NCBI GenBank assembly: GCA_003427395.1
Contig: BFEA01000018.1
Span: 4,305,343-4,362,116, forward strand
Reading direction: 5' to 3'
Origin: Chara braunii
Taxonomy: Eukaryota; Plantae; Charophyceae
DNA length: 56,774 nt
The notes beneath the pieces were generated by a model. That model saw nothing but the letters and a program-made list of their open reading frames with translations. It made no database searches and was not told the origin of the DNA. Position 1 is the stretch's first letter. The number at the start of each line of letters is the position of its first letter. This document shows positions 36,059-50,519 of this stretch, in pieces. Made by a program: the position numbers and the translations under genes.

Positions 36059-36910
36059 NNNNNNNNNNNNNNNNNNNNNNNNNNNNNNNNNNNNNNNNNN
36101 NNNNNNNNNNNNNNNNNNNNNNNNNNNNNNNNNNNNNNNNNNNNNNNNNNNNNNNNNNNNNNNNNNNNNNNNNNNNNNNNNNNNNNNNNNNNNNNNNNNN
36201 NNNNNNNNNNNNNNNNNNNNNNNNNNNNNNNNNNNNNNNNNNNNNNNNNNNNNNNNNNNNNNNNNNNNNNNNNNNNNNNNNNNNNNNNNNNNNNNNNNNN
36301 NNNNNNNNNNNNNNNNNNNNNNNNNNNNNNNNNNNNNNNNNNNNNNNNNNNNNNNNNNNNNNNNNNNNNNNNNNNNNNNNNNNNNNNNNNNNNNNNNNNN
36401 NNNNNNNNNNNNNNNNNNNNNNNNNNNNNNNNNNNNNNNNNNNNNNNNNNNNNNNNNNNNNNNNNNNNNNNNNNNNNNNNNNNNNNNNNNNNNNNNNNNN
36501 NNNNNNNNNNNNNNNNNNNNNNNNNNNNNNNNNNNNNNNNNNNNNNNNNNNNNNNNNNNNNNNNNNNNNNNNNNNNNNNNNNNNNNNNNNNNNNNNNNNN
36601 NNNNNNNNNNNNNNNNNNNNNNNNNNNNNNNNNNNNNNNNNNNNNNNNNNNNNNNNNNNNNNNNNNNNNNNNNNNNNNNNNNNNNNNNNNNNNNNNNNNN
36701 NNNNNNNNNNNNNNNNNNNNNNNNNNNNNNNNNNNNNNNNNNNNNNNNNNNNNNNNNNNNNNNNNNNNNNNNNNNNNNNNNNNNNNNNNNNNNNNNNNNN
36801 NNNNNNNNNNNNNNNNNNNNNNNNNNNNNNNNNNNNNNNNNNNNNNNNNNNNNNNNNNNNNNNNNNNNNNNNNNNNNNNNNNNNNNNNNNNNNNNNNNNN
36901 NNNNNNNNNN

Positions 36911-36976
<66 letters not shown>

Positions 36977-37591
36977 GATAAGTCGCGCCTCGCCGCATGC
37001 TACTTGGATCGATAGAATGAACAAATCAAAAAGTGGCAGTGCATATTTCCACGTTTCAGCGGAAGATTCATTCCGTTTTTGCTCATCCTATCGATGGAAT
37101 GTCTGTGTGATCTGGACACATGAAAACGGTCACCGGACATGCATGAGAGAGAGAGAGAGAGGCATGAAAGACAGGATGAAAGACGGGGTGGAACACATAC
37201 CTTCGCCAGATGTCAAAGTCACGGACGTGAAAGTCGGCGAGTTGCAGCAGAAGGCAAGCGTATGAACTCCACGACGTCAGATTGCAACTGCAAGGGCGAT
37301 ACGGAGTGCAGCCCTGCTTTTTTGGCGGCGGAGCGTTCAAATTCGAAATCTTCGCGCCTCCCTGTCCAATGGCATCTCGCAAAGATGCAGGCCCCGCAGG
37401 AGGGCAAATTGGACAGGCACCACGGGAAATGGGACCGCAGGTCTGGTAGGTGCATTACGAAAAGATGGACCCTTCACTGACAGGGGCATGCACGAAAGTT
37501 CAGAGGCCCCAGGGGCAAATCAGAAAACCTCGGCCGTTCGAGGGCAAATCATCAATAAACGAAAATTTGAGGGGCATTTTGCAAATTTTTC
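35500..37591. mobile_element. Non-autonomous Mutator-like element (long imperfect TIRs, internal assembly gap)
   Basis: GAAAAATTTACGAAACGCCCCTAAAATT...TTGCCCCT at 35500 matches the reverse complement of ~37510-37591 (AGGGGCAAATC...GAGGGGCATTTTGCAAATTTTTC) over 80-110 bp. TSD not clear. Confidence 0.6.
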
Positions 37592-37616
37592 CCCCCCAAA
37601 AAAAAAAGAGGACCAG

Positions 37617-40600
37617 TTTTTTTTTTTTTTTTTTTTTTTTTTCAAATCTCAATTCATTTTGAACATCGACCTTGAAGCCCGGGACCTCAGAATTCAACCC
37701 GTAGTACTGACAGCATCAGCCAGCTTAGCTTACAGGCCTTTGCTTGAGGAAAATTCACTGCAACCAACTTTAAAGTCCCTAGCTATTCGTTACTATCTAC
37801 AAGAAGCTACATTTTGTCTCTACGACTTGCGCTGTTGCTAACAGGCCTCTCGAAGTGAATAGCCAATAAACCTCTTGATCAAGTTTTCTGAGCATCTGGG
37901 GGAATGTGTCTAGGTCCTCAGAGACTAAAATATTTAAGTGTCTGGGACTAAATCGGCCCAGAGGACTGAGTCCTAGTCCAACTGCCACTCCCCTTGAGGC
38001 CTACCACGACTCTACATAATTGAGTGTCCTGGTATGCCTATCTACTGTCAACCTAAGCTGTGCCCTTTTGTCTAAGGCTAAGCGAGTTGATCGAGTCTAG
38101 CTCTGGTCCAACTTTAACTACGGAAACGGTAACCTCCCTTCTCTGGCTTAAACAGGCACCTATTGACGGTCCAGACGTCGACCTGACTCGGTCGACCGGA
38201 ACTTTGTTCCTTAAGGGCTATCAACACTCTCTACCCGCCTTCCCACAAACCAACCTCCCGTGGCTCACTGCCGAGAATCCAGCCGAGTGCCCAGGTTCGG
38301 CTAGTTGGTTTCTACATTGGCCTATGATCCTCCGAGTTCCGGAGCCGGCTGCCCTACTATCCACAGTGCTAGTACTAGGCCTCTCTCGCTTTGAACCGTT
38401 GCGAGTCGGTGTCGTTGAGCCCAGGTGTGTATGATGAATCGGCGAACCTGTTTTTTACTGCCCAATCCCGACTTTGCTCTTCTTCTCCAGTCGACCCTGA
38501 TGGCTTCTTTCAAGCCCAATTTGATCAAACTCTTGATTTCCAGGTCTGACAGCGGCTTGCCTTGGAATCTTGCTCTATTTTTGTCCTTCCAGATGACTTC
38601 GCAGATCAGACACCAAGTGGCATGTGCTACATAGGCCCAGCCACTCTTTCCATTCGATTCTTATGGGAGGAGACCCAACAAAGCCTAGCGTTCATCCCAT
38701 TTTACTGACAGATCTCCAAATTCCTCCTAGTGGTTTTTCCACCACTTCCATATGCGTTTCGAGGTTGGGCATTCCCACCACAGGTGCCTCGTGGACTCGA
38801 ACGGCCAAGAGCATCTGGAGCACTTCAAGTCCTCCTGCATGCCTCTACCCACCAGCCAACTGCTGATGGTGTTACCAACAAGGAGAGTGTCCATAAGATG
38901 CTCACATGTTTACCGTTGAGAAGGTAAGTCAATATCTTCCACAGTTTACCAAATTGTGCCTCCACTGATGAGAGATCGTTTGTCAATATTGTCTGTCATC
39001 TGCGGATGGCTACCGCTATTGGTGGGGGTCTATCCTTCAGTCTGAGCTTATATCCTTTCGCCACCACGTACTCTGATAAGAGCGTGATTACCTCTCCGTG
39101 CGCATCGGATGACCATCCCCATGCTATAGGGTCAATGCTCAGTCGGCTCAACGTAGTTCTCACGATCCAGGTAAGGGTTATCTTGGGCGTTTTGGCCTTG
39201 TTTTCCACCACACGTATCTGTTGTGGGTTATTCCATACCAATATGACTTTCTCATAAAGTTTGATGAGTCCCTTCGTGTAGTCTCTGCATAGCCACCGTT
39301 CCACTTTCTGGAAGCCACTGAGTAGGATTTCAAGAAGCTTCCACACTATGTCACCGTCCCCCTCCAGATCTGAGGTGTACCATGCACCCGAGGGATTGAG
39401 GTCTTCTGGACCCAGGAGAGCACACCATTCCTCCGAGACGGAATCGATGATCCAGTGCCAATGGTCTTTCACATTTCTAAGGCCTTTCAATTTGCCTTTT
39501 ATCTCCACAAGTGGGCACCAGTTTCCCAGTATCAAAGGCCACAGGTCCTCCAATCTCACTATGCCTCTACACACCCATACCTGGTTGAAGGAGCTGGTAT
39601 AGCCATCTGCAACAAAGGGAACGTCAACAACACTTCTGATTCTCAGGTTGTCGAATATGAGTTGAGATAGGACCTCCCCTTTGGACATGGGTCATGTGCG
39701 TATCGTCGGTGTTAGGCTGTGCCATGCTCTTCTGACTGTATTCCAAAATGCAGACTTCAGCTTCCTTTTGCAGAAGGATTGCATGAACATACACGTCCAA
39801 CAGTCCTCGGGTCTGCTAAGATTTTACTCTCTTGCTAGGATCCACTCCGCCAATTTCACCCAGTTTTCCTTCGCCGTGGGGTTGATATTCTACAAATCCA
39901 GTTTACCAGTCGTGCCTTGTTCTTCTCTGCTGGGTCTGCCAAGCCCAATCCACCCTGTGGGGGGGAAGGTCGGCAAGTCCAATACAACCTTGATTAAGAA
40001 ACCTTCAACCTCCTTGACATGTGGTTTCCATATGAATCTGACAACCAACCTTTTCACAATCCTTATCACCCGTTTTGCAATCTCCCTTACAGTACTAACG
40101 AATCACAAAATCGAAAAGAGAGCCATGTTGGCCACCAACGCCCCACCTATCGGTGAACGGTGTCAGGATGAACCCCAGATCTTGAGGCGTGCTGCAATCC
40201 TTTGCTATAGGAATAAACCCTGCGTCGTGGAGATAATCTGCAGACCTACCAAGACTCATAAAAATATGTGTTATTCTCCCTCATCTACCCTTTTCATTCC
40301 CCATTTTCACTTGTAGTCTATACCGCTTTGGGAGGAGGTAGACTGCCTTGTTCCAGTTAACAGAGGCATCCGATAGCACTGATTAATCATTTTTAGTGCC
40401 AATAATGACTCATGTGAATTCTCGTTGATCAAGAACAGGTCATCGGCGAGAGCTTTACTGTGCATTCTGCCCCTAAATATAGTTGCAGACCTCTGATGAT
40501 AGGACAGCGTCTCACACGATTGAGGAGGACCTCCATTTGAAGGACAAATACGAGCGAAGCGAGGGGACAACCTTGTCGGAGGGACCTTGAGAGGTTGAAG

Positions 40601-43600
40601 GCAGGGGACAAGTGATCGTTGATCATAACGGCAGATGTGGAGAAATTGTACATCACTGTTACCCATTTGCATAAACTACTTCCAAAGCCCATCTTCCTCA
40701 AGGTGGTAAGGACGAACGTCCAACCCACCTTATCGTAGGCTTTCTCAAAGTCCAATAGCAGAATGAGTGTGTCCAGATTCTCGGTTTGAACCACCTCCAA
40801 GATCTCGATCGCAGTTATAATGTTATTGAAAATCGACTGTCCTTGGACGAACGCCCCTTGGTCCTCTCCACTAGATCCAAGAGAAAACGTCTAAGCTTTT
40901 TTGCTATCGCCTTAACCAGAATCTTATATGATACGTTCAAAAGGGAGATCGGGTACCAGTTTATGACTTTTGCCTTGTCTCCTTTTTTGAATAACATTGA
41001 TATCACCCCATGTGTCATGCCTCTTCCCAATTTCCCACCCTCGAGAACGCTATTATACAGTTCAACCGAGATCGGACAAAAAATTGTCCAATTTCTGATA
41101 TAAAATTCCAATGTTAATCCGTCTACCTCCGGGGACTTTCCTCGTGCTATGGATTTAACAGTTATTGTTAACTCTTCCAAGGCAAAGGGTGTGTCGAGAT
41201 TCAACTTTGCGGCTGTGTCCAACTTCGAGGTAGTGTCTTCCTACATGTCTGACTGCAACGAAAGATCTGTATTGATATCTTCGTTAGATCTTTTTGACAT
41301 TAGGATGTCATCATAGTACAACCTTGCATACTACAGCATGCCTGAGGCTGTGCAGGCCGATGGAGCAGAGGGATCGAACGGATGACGTAGTTCGACCATT
41401 TGTTGTTATACTCTTTTAGGTTGCAGCTTTTGAAATGTCTCTTTTGATATCTTGTCATGTGTTTCGATGCCCTTTTCTTTCAAGATCTTTGTCCATTTTT
41501 TATGCTTCTCTGACTGTAGGTTATCCCAGTCTGCCATCCTTCTCTCTCTCTCTGCAGCCCAAACCATGGTTGATATCAGGTGACCTTCCATCCGCTCCTC
41601 GACTTCCTCCACACGTCTCAAGCACTCTGATTCACGGGCATTCTTGTTCTTGGCCAGTATTCTAGATAAAACATCTAGTACTCCGGAAATGATGGCCAAC
41701 CCCCATCTACTAGTTAGTCTGCATTGGACTCAAAGTGGTGCTTTGCTCCTTCCCATCACTCCATGTGATCCTTCACCCAGACGTTGACTCCTAGTTCCTC
41801 GAGGATGAGACTGTTTAACCTGAAGAAACCTCGACCTCTCTCCACCCCATTATGTAGTTTGACTTCGGCCAATATAGGCTTGTGGTATGATAACGGGTTA
41901 CTTTACATTTCACTGAGGTGACTTTCTCCGATAATTGTTCTCCCACTAGGAAATAGTCCAGTCGCGGCCTGGTTACTCCCTGTCTGCTTTGTCTCAGGTG
42001 AGATGTTCATGTGTAGCCTGCGTCATCAGGGCTTAAGATACGAAAAGGGTCCGTGAGCGACAACTCCACCGAGAGGTTCATCAAAAGATTTGTTCCAATC
42101 CTCTGCGATAATCATCTTATCCAATTGGGGGATATGAAGCATGAGATAAAAAATAGCTCTCGAACCTGATTCTGTAGGAGCGTACACTGTCATGATTCCT
42201 CATTTCTCACTGCCCACTTCTAATATGATCCAGGCCCACCACCCCCATATATCCGCCTCTGATTCTACCACTCTGGCCTGCAAGTCTCGATGCACCAAGA
42301 TTCTCACTCCTCCCCGGGTACCCAGGGTCGGGGCCCAGATTTGTGGGCCTGCAAGTCTTCGTTGAGCTTAGTCTCACTGGCAAGCAGTTTACTCTCCGCT
42401 TCTACCACTCTGGCCCAACACTTTACCTTCGGACCTCTAATTCTACCACTTTGGCCCAACACTTCACACTCGGGCCTCCGATTCTACCACTCTGGCCTGC
42501 AAGTCTTCGTTGAGCTTAGTCTCTTGCAACAGCAAGCAGTTTACCCTCTGCTCATGTACCCAACACTTCACCCTCGTCCTCATGGATCTTCCATTTGTGT
42601 CCCCCAATCCCCTAACATTCCAAGATGCAATCTTTAGTCTATCCATCTACTCCTTCAACCACCGCCTGAGATTGCGTGTGGTTTTTCTTGCTTGCGGATC
42701 TGAACCTGGAGCGGTTTGAACCAGATCTTTTGTTGTTTCCATCTGACATATCTCGAGTGCTGCCCATTGAAGAATTTGAACGTGAGATTGCATCCCAATT
42801 AGCCACCGACATATTTGTCAGGAATGCGGAGTGCAATCCTTTTTCCGTCTGGAGCTTCTCCTTTACATTCAGCACAATTAGTGCTGAGATATCCGGAAGG
42901 ATTTTGATGTTGCACAACTCTTGCAGTCCCCACTCCCTCACAATCCCCATCCGGTACTACCGTATGCCGGAGCGCATCAAATTTTGTGCTAGCTCCGGCG
43001 GGATGTGAGTGTCGAGCAAAGGAAAGTATAACTTGCAGTAGCCTCCTTCGGTTTTGACAATTACCCCAATCATGGTTGAATGGGGTATAAGCCTCGCTGG
43101 CACATGCTTCCCAAATAGCTGCTTCGTTGCATCTACTATCATTCTAGGGGTAGAAGACCGATCCACTTCTTCTGATGGCATGAGTGGTGCTTCCTCCTGA
43201 TCCATTAGTGTTAGGAAGTAGACACAGTCATTTGTCATTGTGCATAGGAGTGGAACTAGCCACCTTCTCACTTGATCCGCTTGACCGATTTTGAGCGTAT
43301 TCATTCACCAACTCTTCTCAAGGCATAATCTGGTACTTTTCACTTGTAACCCCCTAGTTTATGAGGCTGCAGAGCTTTCCATTGATGATAGTTTTTTATC
43401 ACTCCTCCCCGCAGGTCCCTCCACTTCGTACCACGTTTCTCCCCATTTCACGCGTGACTGTGAAGAGGCCAGAGTGTAAGGTAGGTCCGCTTCATCCGTA
43501 GCTTTCTCCTCTTCCCCAGTGGGCTGCAGTCGGGATCGCACCATCCTTTCACCTTGACCTTTGTTTTGTAGTGTGAGCTCGACCGCACCGAATTCCAACC

Positions 43601-44850
43601 GAACCTTCCATATGTCATTGTCCCTCCACTCGTCTCGTTAATTGCATCCACTCCTTTTCTCAGTTTTTTTTTCCTGGCCTTCGTTCCTTCTCTGCGAACG
43701 ACCTGGTAGGCTTGATCAAAGTCCCCCTGATGAAGAACCCAATCTCTCCAGTCACATCCATTGGATGGGTACCGCGGTATCGGGTGGATCGGCCCAACGC
43801 CACCAGGGGGGGTTGGATTTCCTCCTTCCATTTGTGACGAGGTTTCAGGTGTGTGGGCGGTCCCCACCAGCCTTTGATGCCCATCTGGAAATTCTCCCAC
43901 CGCGTCGTCTGATACTGGTCAAAGCGATTTGGCTGGCCTGGTATTAGCTTGTTTCAAGTGTTGATTACATAATGAAACGAACCCTCCTGGCAAGTCTGCT
44001 CTCAGAATCCAAGGCGACATCAGCGGATGATTGGCTGACTGATCTTGAGCGGCAGCCCACGGTTGAAGGGACCCGTCGAAAGCCTCGTTTGGTTGTTCCA
44101 CTAGTCTTCGGTCGTTAGTTGACGTGGCATGAATTACAGGGCGTCTGTAATTACCATCGGATCAAGGGTTTGGACCCGAGGTCTGTTAGCCCAGATTTAC
44201 CCCCATTGGAGCTCTGAGATTGTACATGACCTACCCGGATTGTAGCTGTTGAGCACCAGGAGCCAATGGGTTCGATCTTTTGATCTCCCTCCTTCCTGAC
44301 GCCTCTCGTCCCCACTTCTTCCTTTTTGATTATAGGTCTGGGTCTGCATATGATGCTTGAATCCCGCTTGATGCCAGCCTGGTCTGCCTGTAGGAGCTTT
44401 CCTTTGATCACCTTCATGCCTGATACGGAAGCAATTCCCTTCGGTATGAAAATACTATTTGCATCTCCTACACCAGTCAGTGTACTATGGGGTTGCAATC
44501 TCCATCTTTCCCCCTCCAGAGATTGGATGACCAGATCGTAATCGATCTTCGCCCTTGTGCTAGGATGTGTATCAAATTTGACATTCATCAATTTAAGACT
44601 TGCACTATCATAATCAGGCGCGTGCATAGATACCACTTCCCCAAGCATTCCTTGGATTGCGCTGCGTAGGAAGTAGTAAGCATCGAGAAAGACTCTCAAA
44701 GTTATCATCCAAAATTTGGATTCAACTTTATGAACTTTAAAGTCTCTTAATTCTCTAAGAGGCATCCACAGTTTAAAGTAGACAAGGTACTCTTTTTTTA
44801 TCGAAGCGGTTGCAGGGTGCTCGGTGCTTGTAGTCATTGTGGAGAACAAC
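37617..44850 (-). mobile_element. Near full-length decayed L1/Tx1-like LINE (partial ORF1 with zinc knuckle; ORF2 with APE endonuclease, RT, zf-RVT)
   Basis: ORF1 WCRRCK*YFHTEGNC. EN start MDRLKIASWNVRGLG...LLQETK (42646). RT motifs GKSPEVDGLT, YPISLLNVSYKIL, LLDFEKAYDKVGW, LRQGCPL, LADDL. C-terminus ends ~38322. The T-run at 37617-37642 may be the poly(A) tail. Confidence 0.9.
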
Positions 44851-45469
44851 GTCTAAGCCCGTTTCCATCGTGGTGGTTACTCTCTTTTGACATGTATCAG
44901 GGCTACTGTTGTGATTATGTTACGAAATGTGTGATTTTGACTTCAAACTTGCAAATGATGACCATTGCGGGGTCCTTAAGAGATTAAAAGTTTCAAGGCT
45001 CTTTCACACGAGTTTGAGTTGCCCCTTTTGTATCTTGAGAGACTAACCTTACTTTTTATGCCCTTTTTACTCTAAGTCAAGTCTAACGATTATAAGACGA
45101 AGGCGGCAGGCGTGATTGAAAATTCATAATTTGTGTCAAAACGTTTGTGGGAGGATTGCTCCATCGATTGTGGGAGCTATGCATAAACCTAACCGATAAC
45201 TGTTAGGTATAACTTTTTTTATGTGTATGCCCACTACATCTCTACCGTTATAGCTCTCCAATCTGTTTGATATGTATATATGCAACCCTAAGATTATTGT
45301 TTCTTTATATAACTTAACCAGATTATGTAAAAAAAAACACATGCATGAACTTCAATGTTTTTTTTTTAATTAGCCTGGGGATAAACTTGGGGGAAGGTGG
45401 TTTGTAAAAAAAAAACTAACATTTTATCTATATTTGCATGAGTTTAACTATATGAACCAAAGGTTGAAC

Positions 45470-46215
45470 ATTGTTTTTAAGCGGAATGACATAGTACTGT
45501 GTTATTTGACTATTTTCTGATAAACCATATATTGTTTTCTAAGCAGACGGATAGTTACTCCGTTTATTTTTTAGGTTTGCTTGTCCGATTTGGTAAGACA
45601 AAATCTTATTTCGAAGTAGAATAACATATTTAACTTGTTTTTTTTTTGTTGTTTCTGAATGAAGTTAGACACTGTTTCTAAGCAGAATGGTCAAATTTTA
45701 TGTTTTGCGTGACTTTAAGATATATTACGCACTATTCATAAGCAGAATGACTCAGGTTTTTTTTTTTTTTCTGATGATATTTTTTATGGAAGGTTGGACA
45801 TTGTTTTAAGCATGATGGTTTAGTATGAAGTCGCGCACTAAGTGAAAATTGCGCATACATTGAAACTATGATCTTATCTATATTTGCATGTGAACATACA
45901 ACTATACATTTTTTTAAAAACAAAATGGTGTAGCTTAAGACATATCACTAAGAATAATATTACAGTTAAGAATATAATTGGAAGTGATTCGGACAGACTG
46001 CACATTATTTCTAAGCATAATGGTTATGTCTCATGCCCTATTAAGGACAAAGCCAGAGAAGTTTTTTGAACTTGACTATTTAAACAATTAAGGGTTGATA
46101 ACACATTTTCTATAAGCAGAATGATCTAATCGCATGTCCAAGGAAGAGAGAAGTAGTTGTGCCCTTTCTTTGTATATAAGTAACATATGTATAACATTTT
46201 TTTAAGCAGAATAGT
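45470..46215. repeat. Dispersed TAAGCAGAATG-like motif array in AT-rich DNA
   Basis: Eight variants at ~45478, 45540, 45679, 45738, 45807, 46012, 46113 and 46203. Confidence 0.6.
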
Positions 46216-46690
46216 CTAAGCACGAATGAAATATGTAAGTGAGGTTGAAAGGGTTAACTCAATCCGAAGGATCAATGAAGTACTATGTGAAATAAATTTA
46301 GGAGACTTGGTGAGAGTAAGTACCTTTGTTGCATGTGTTTACTTGTGAGTCTGGTTTAAGTTTATATTTGAATAGGTAATTGTTTTATAAACATGCCATG
46401 TGGTGGGGCGATGGGAGAGTTAAAGGTTTGAGATGAAAATAAGATTGACCCACTAAGAGTCAAACTTAGTGTTGGTTTGCAAGGTAATGCCTTGATGACA
46501 AACTTTTGGTCTGATTGTAAAGTGAAAGTAAAAAGTTAGTCCCAAGTAAAGTTTGTCGTTTATTTTTGTAACGTGGACTTGTATAATTGTTATGGAAAGT
46601 TACTTTGATTAGAGGAAGTGTTGTCGAAATTTATGCAAATTCAAATAGTTAGTTAAATTTTGTCATTGTAAAATCAAAGTTTTGTGTTAA

Positions 46691-47277
46691 ACCACTAGTA
46701 CCTCCGCCAGTGTTAAGAAATTACGATGTCTTGGCCAGTAGCAGAACTTTTCGGGGTGGGACACAGGGTCGACAATGTCCCATAAATCTCAATATTATAG
46801 TTCAGGAAAAAAGGGGGGAAAAAATATTTTCTCTACTGCAATGATGTTAGGCTGGGTAGTCCAGGAGGTCGTGCTCACAATCTTCCTCCTCAGAATGCAC
46901 CTTACAGGAAGGTCGGTCACATTCTGAATGTTACTGGTTTTTTTTTTTTGTTGGTCGTGTGTTTCTTATGAGTCCCCTGTCCGTGAATTGCTCAAGTTGT
47001 CCGTTATCTTCTCGAACTGTGTTTTGTCAGAGGATTGTAAGGCTCATCACACTAGCATTTAGAAGAATGTATCCAACCATTTTCACGGTCGGATCCATGT
47101 GCCAATTTTTTTTCCGTTTTATTATCTTTTTGGAATTTGACAACCTGGCTACGGGTTTGGGATGCCCTCATTGAGGGCATACTCACACTACCACCTCCAA
47201 GAATGTATACAACTGCAATCACGACCAAAACTTTGTTTCTTTTCTTTTATATATATTTTTATGAGGTTCACGGCCAC

Positions 47278-47316
<39 letters not shown>

Positions 47317-47431
47317 NTTTTTTTTCCCGTGAGAGTACCAAAAACAAAACGAAGTGGTACCCAGGGTCGGCAAAACTCGGAGCGCAGTGAAATTCAGGGT
47401 CAGCAAAAACAGGCTCGGAGGTACTGGTGGT
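46691..47431. mobile_element. TTAA-type MITE, copy B (inverted relative to A)
   Basis: TTAA-ACCACTAGTACCTCCG...CGGAGGTACTGGTGGT-TTAA, with TTAA on both sides. Interrupts a ~120-bp repeat unit. Confidence 0.85.
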
Positions 47432-49400
47432 TTAAGCTAAGTGAATTAATATAAATGTTGAAAGCTTACTTTTTCAGAGGAAGTGTTGTAAAAATTTATA
47501 CTAATTCAAAAAGGTAGACAAAATTTGGTTTTGTGAAATCAAAGTTTTATTTGAGATTTCGTATTTAGCCATCTATAAATTATGAGAAGTCACTTTCTCT
47601 ATGGGAAGTGTCGTCGAAGTTTTTTCAGATATAGGGAGATAGTTTTATTTTAGTTTATGAACATTTTGGCAAACCACCCCAACTAGAGGAGATGCTGCTG
47701 AAATTTCTATAATTTTTTAAGTTGGCCAAAAACTTTTATGGGTTAAAACTTAGTTTGAAAAATATTAAAGTAAGTCATGATATCGGGTTTACCCTCCATA
47801 CACTTAAGTGTAGCTTTGGTACTGATATGTGTTGTGTTGCAGGTCTTTTTTATTCGATTCAACTACACGCTTAACTAGTTTCAGTCTGATCCGACAATGA
47901 CTAACGATTTTTGTTATCATTTGATAACAGATCGATTTACGACTAAACTCTGACATATTCTCGCGATTCAGCCTAAGACCTTAGCCCTTGTCAATTGATT
48001 TGTTTTTTTAAGTTTTTTACGGGGACCATACCCCGTTTAGTGTGTGAAACTTTTATATAACTGCGGGTATGTTTTTTTAAGTCTTTTTAAGTTTTTTACG
48101 ATCATTTGCATTATTTGGAAGGAAGTTACAATGTGATTGGGAGAGTGATCGCCGCATGTTCAGTAACCTTTCTATATTGTGTGTACTCACCCGACTTGAT
48201 TGACCATCCGCGAGGGTTGAGTCAGTTTGGGTTAATAGAAAATAAGAGGTTCCTTGTTATTGCTTGTTAAGTTTTATAGTTGGACGTTGAGGTTCGTGAC
48301 GGCTGTTAAAGTCAATCCCCTTGATATGTTTCAAGACCTCTGAAAGCGAGACCTCCTCCTATAAACTAGGGGTGTTCCGCTGCCACAAAAGGTCGTAGCC
48401 TTCCTATCGCTCCTCGACACTGTGTGCAGAAGAGGGTAGGGCACGCAATCGCATTCGCAAATGTCTAGTATCAAGGGAATAACCCCCTAAAACGAGTGTC
48501 AACCGATATCTGAGTGTCGAATGTGATCCCAAATTTCAGAACGAGGCGCTTAGTTATGGACACCATATTTCAGAATGGGTCGCATAGTCATTGAGACGAC
48601 TTGCGTACTCGTGCATTTCTAATCGATACGATGAGGTCTGCGTCGCTGAACCATTTGTTTGAAGTCTTGCTCGCGACACCTACTACTAAAGCACTGAAAG
48701 AGTTATGAGATTGAATTGAAAAAAAGGCTAAGCGCAATTTGAAATAGGGGTTTAAACTTTTTTTTCCTTCTTAAGTGTATCGTGTGATTTATTTGTGCAC
48801 AATACAGTTATGGGATGAGTTGAAAAATAGACTAGAGGTGAATTAACATATAAAGCTTAAGTTTTTATTGAGAAGTATATTGCGTGGTTAGACTGACCAT
48901 CCTAGTTGGCGTAGGATTGCGCTTGGGAGATTAGCGTCCCAAGCATCGGTTCACACACGGGTTTGATAAAGCCACCAGTTCACTGCCTGACATTGTTCAT
49001 TGCGTGCAGTGAACTGCAAACGGGTTTGAGTCATTCGGCATAGGGATGGTGCACACTTAACTATCTTAAATTATTGGGCCCGTTCATTTCGAGACGGCGA
49101 CCAACCGGGTTCAAAGATGGGGCGGCCACCCAAGTGAAAGCACAGGCTGGTTCATTTTTATCCCTACCGGCCATTCCGACCTCGACCAACATGCACAACG
49201 AATACGACAACACACATTAACAATACGTCAACAAAGAGAAAAAAAAAAAGGCAAAAAAATTCAAAGAAACGGCAGTGAATCTTCCATTAGAACACAAAAA
49301 GATACACTACCATGATTTTTGTCCTTTGTGCGTATCGACAGTAGTGGAGCAAGGCCCTTAGTTTCGTTTTTTGCCACATGCAAACCATTTTTTTTTTTTT

Positions 49401-49448
<48 letters not shown>

Positions 49449-50519
49449 CGGGTAAGTCTCCAACCTTGCGGCTGACCTCGTGCTACTTTCTTCGATACGA
49501 TGAGCAAAATCGAATGAATCTACCGCTAGAACATGGAAAAATACACTGCCATACTCGTTTTTTTTTTTTTTTTTTTTTTTNNNNNNNNNNNNNNNNNNNN
49601 NNNNNNNNNNNNNNNNNNNNNNNNNNNNNNNNNNNNNNNNNNNNNNNNNNNNNNNNNNNNNNNNNNNNNNNNNNNNNNNNNNNNNNNNNNNNNNNNNNNN
49701 NNNNNNNNNNNNNNNNNNNNNNNNNNNNNNNNNNNNNNNNNNNNNNNNNNNGATAGGATGAACAACGCACTGGCCAACAGGTAAGTCCCCAACCCCACGC
49801 CTAGCCTCCCGCTACTTCCGTCGGTAGGATGAGCAAAATCAAATGAAAAACGAAAAGCACCGGGGTGACGATTTTTTTTCTTTTGTACCTCATGTCCAAT
49901 TTTTTTAATAACATCAACCCCGGTACTGGTACCACGTTTCAATTTCCAGAGGCAGGCACCAAACCGTCGAAGGCTTGCTAAAACGAATTTCCACATCCCA
50001 GGAAATAGGTCTCGGCATTCTCGAGTGGAATGGCAGAGGTGGCCCAACCAAGGCCGTTTATCATTTTTTGTAGCATAGAGGTGGATCAGTTCATTCCCAT
50101 ATGGGCCCTCTGTGCTTCAAAGTCTAAGTTTTGGAAAGTGGCATGATAGGAATGGGACATTGGACCCAATTTCCAATACTTCGGTTCATTGGCTAAGCGA
50201 AACAGGCTAATGCAGCCACGTCACTCTGGCCTAATCTTGGTAATATAAATTTGTATGCAAAGAAAAAACAAAAAACAAATATCTGTGAATATGAGGGAAA
50301 GACTGGTCCTCCTCCTCCTCCTCCTCCTCCCTCCCCCCCCGTCCCCCTTCCTCCTCTTGATAACACACGCGAAACCGCCACAAACGAGGGGAGCGGACGA
50401 TGCCGGGCAAATAGCACAACGCTCCGCTACCAGCCGTCGTCGTAGCGGCGAAGCCGGACGTTCTTACATCGAAGCAACAACGCTCGGCGCTGCTCGTCCG
50501 CCATCTCCGTCATCATGAC

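Noticed and set aside
39681-40316. 211-aa plus-strand ORF
   Set aside because: Antisense shadow of LINE ORF2.
13675-45780. Other CTGATGA words as additional hammerheads (13680, 21423, 25960, 38965, 40494, 43727, 45771)
   Set aside because: None is followed by a stem II hairpin and GAAA with a pairing NUH stem.
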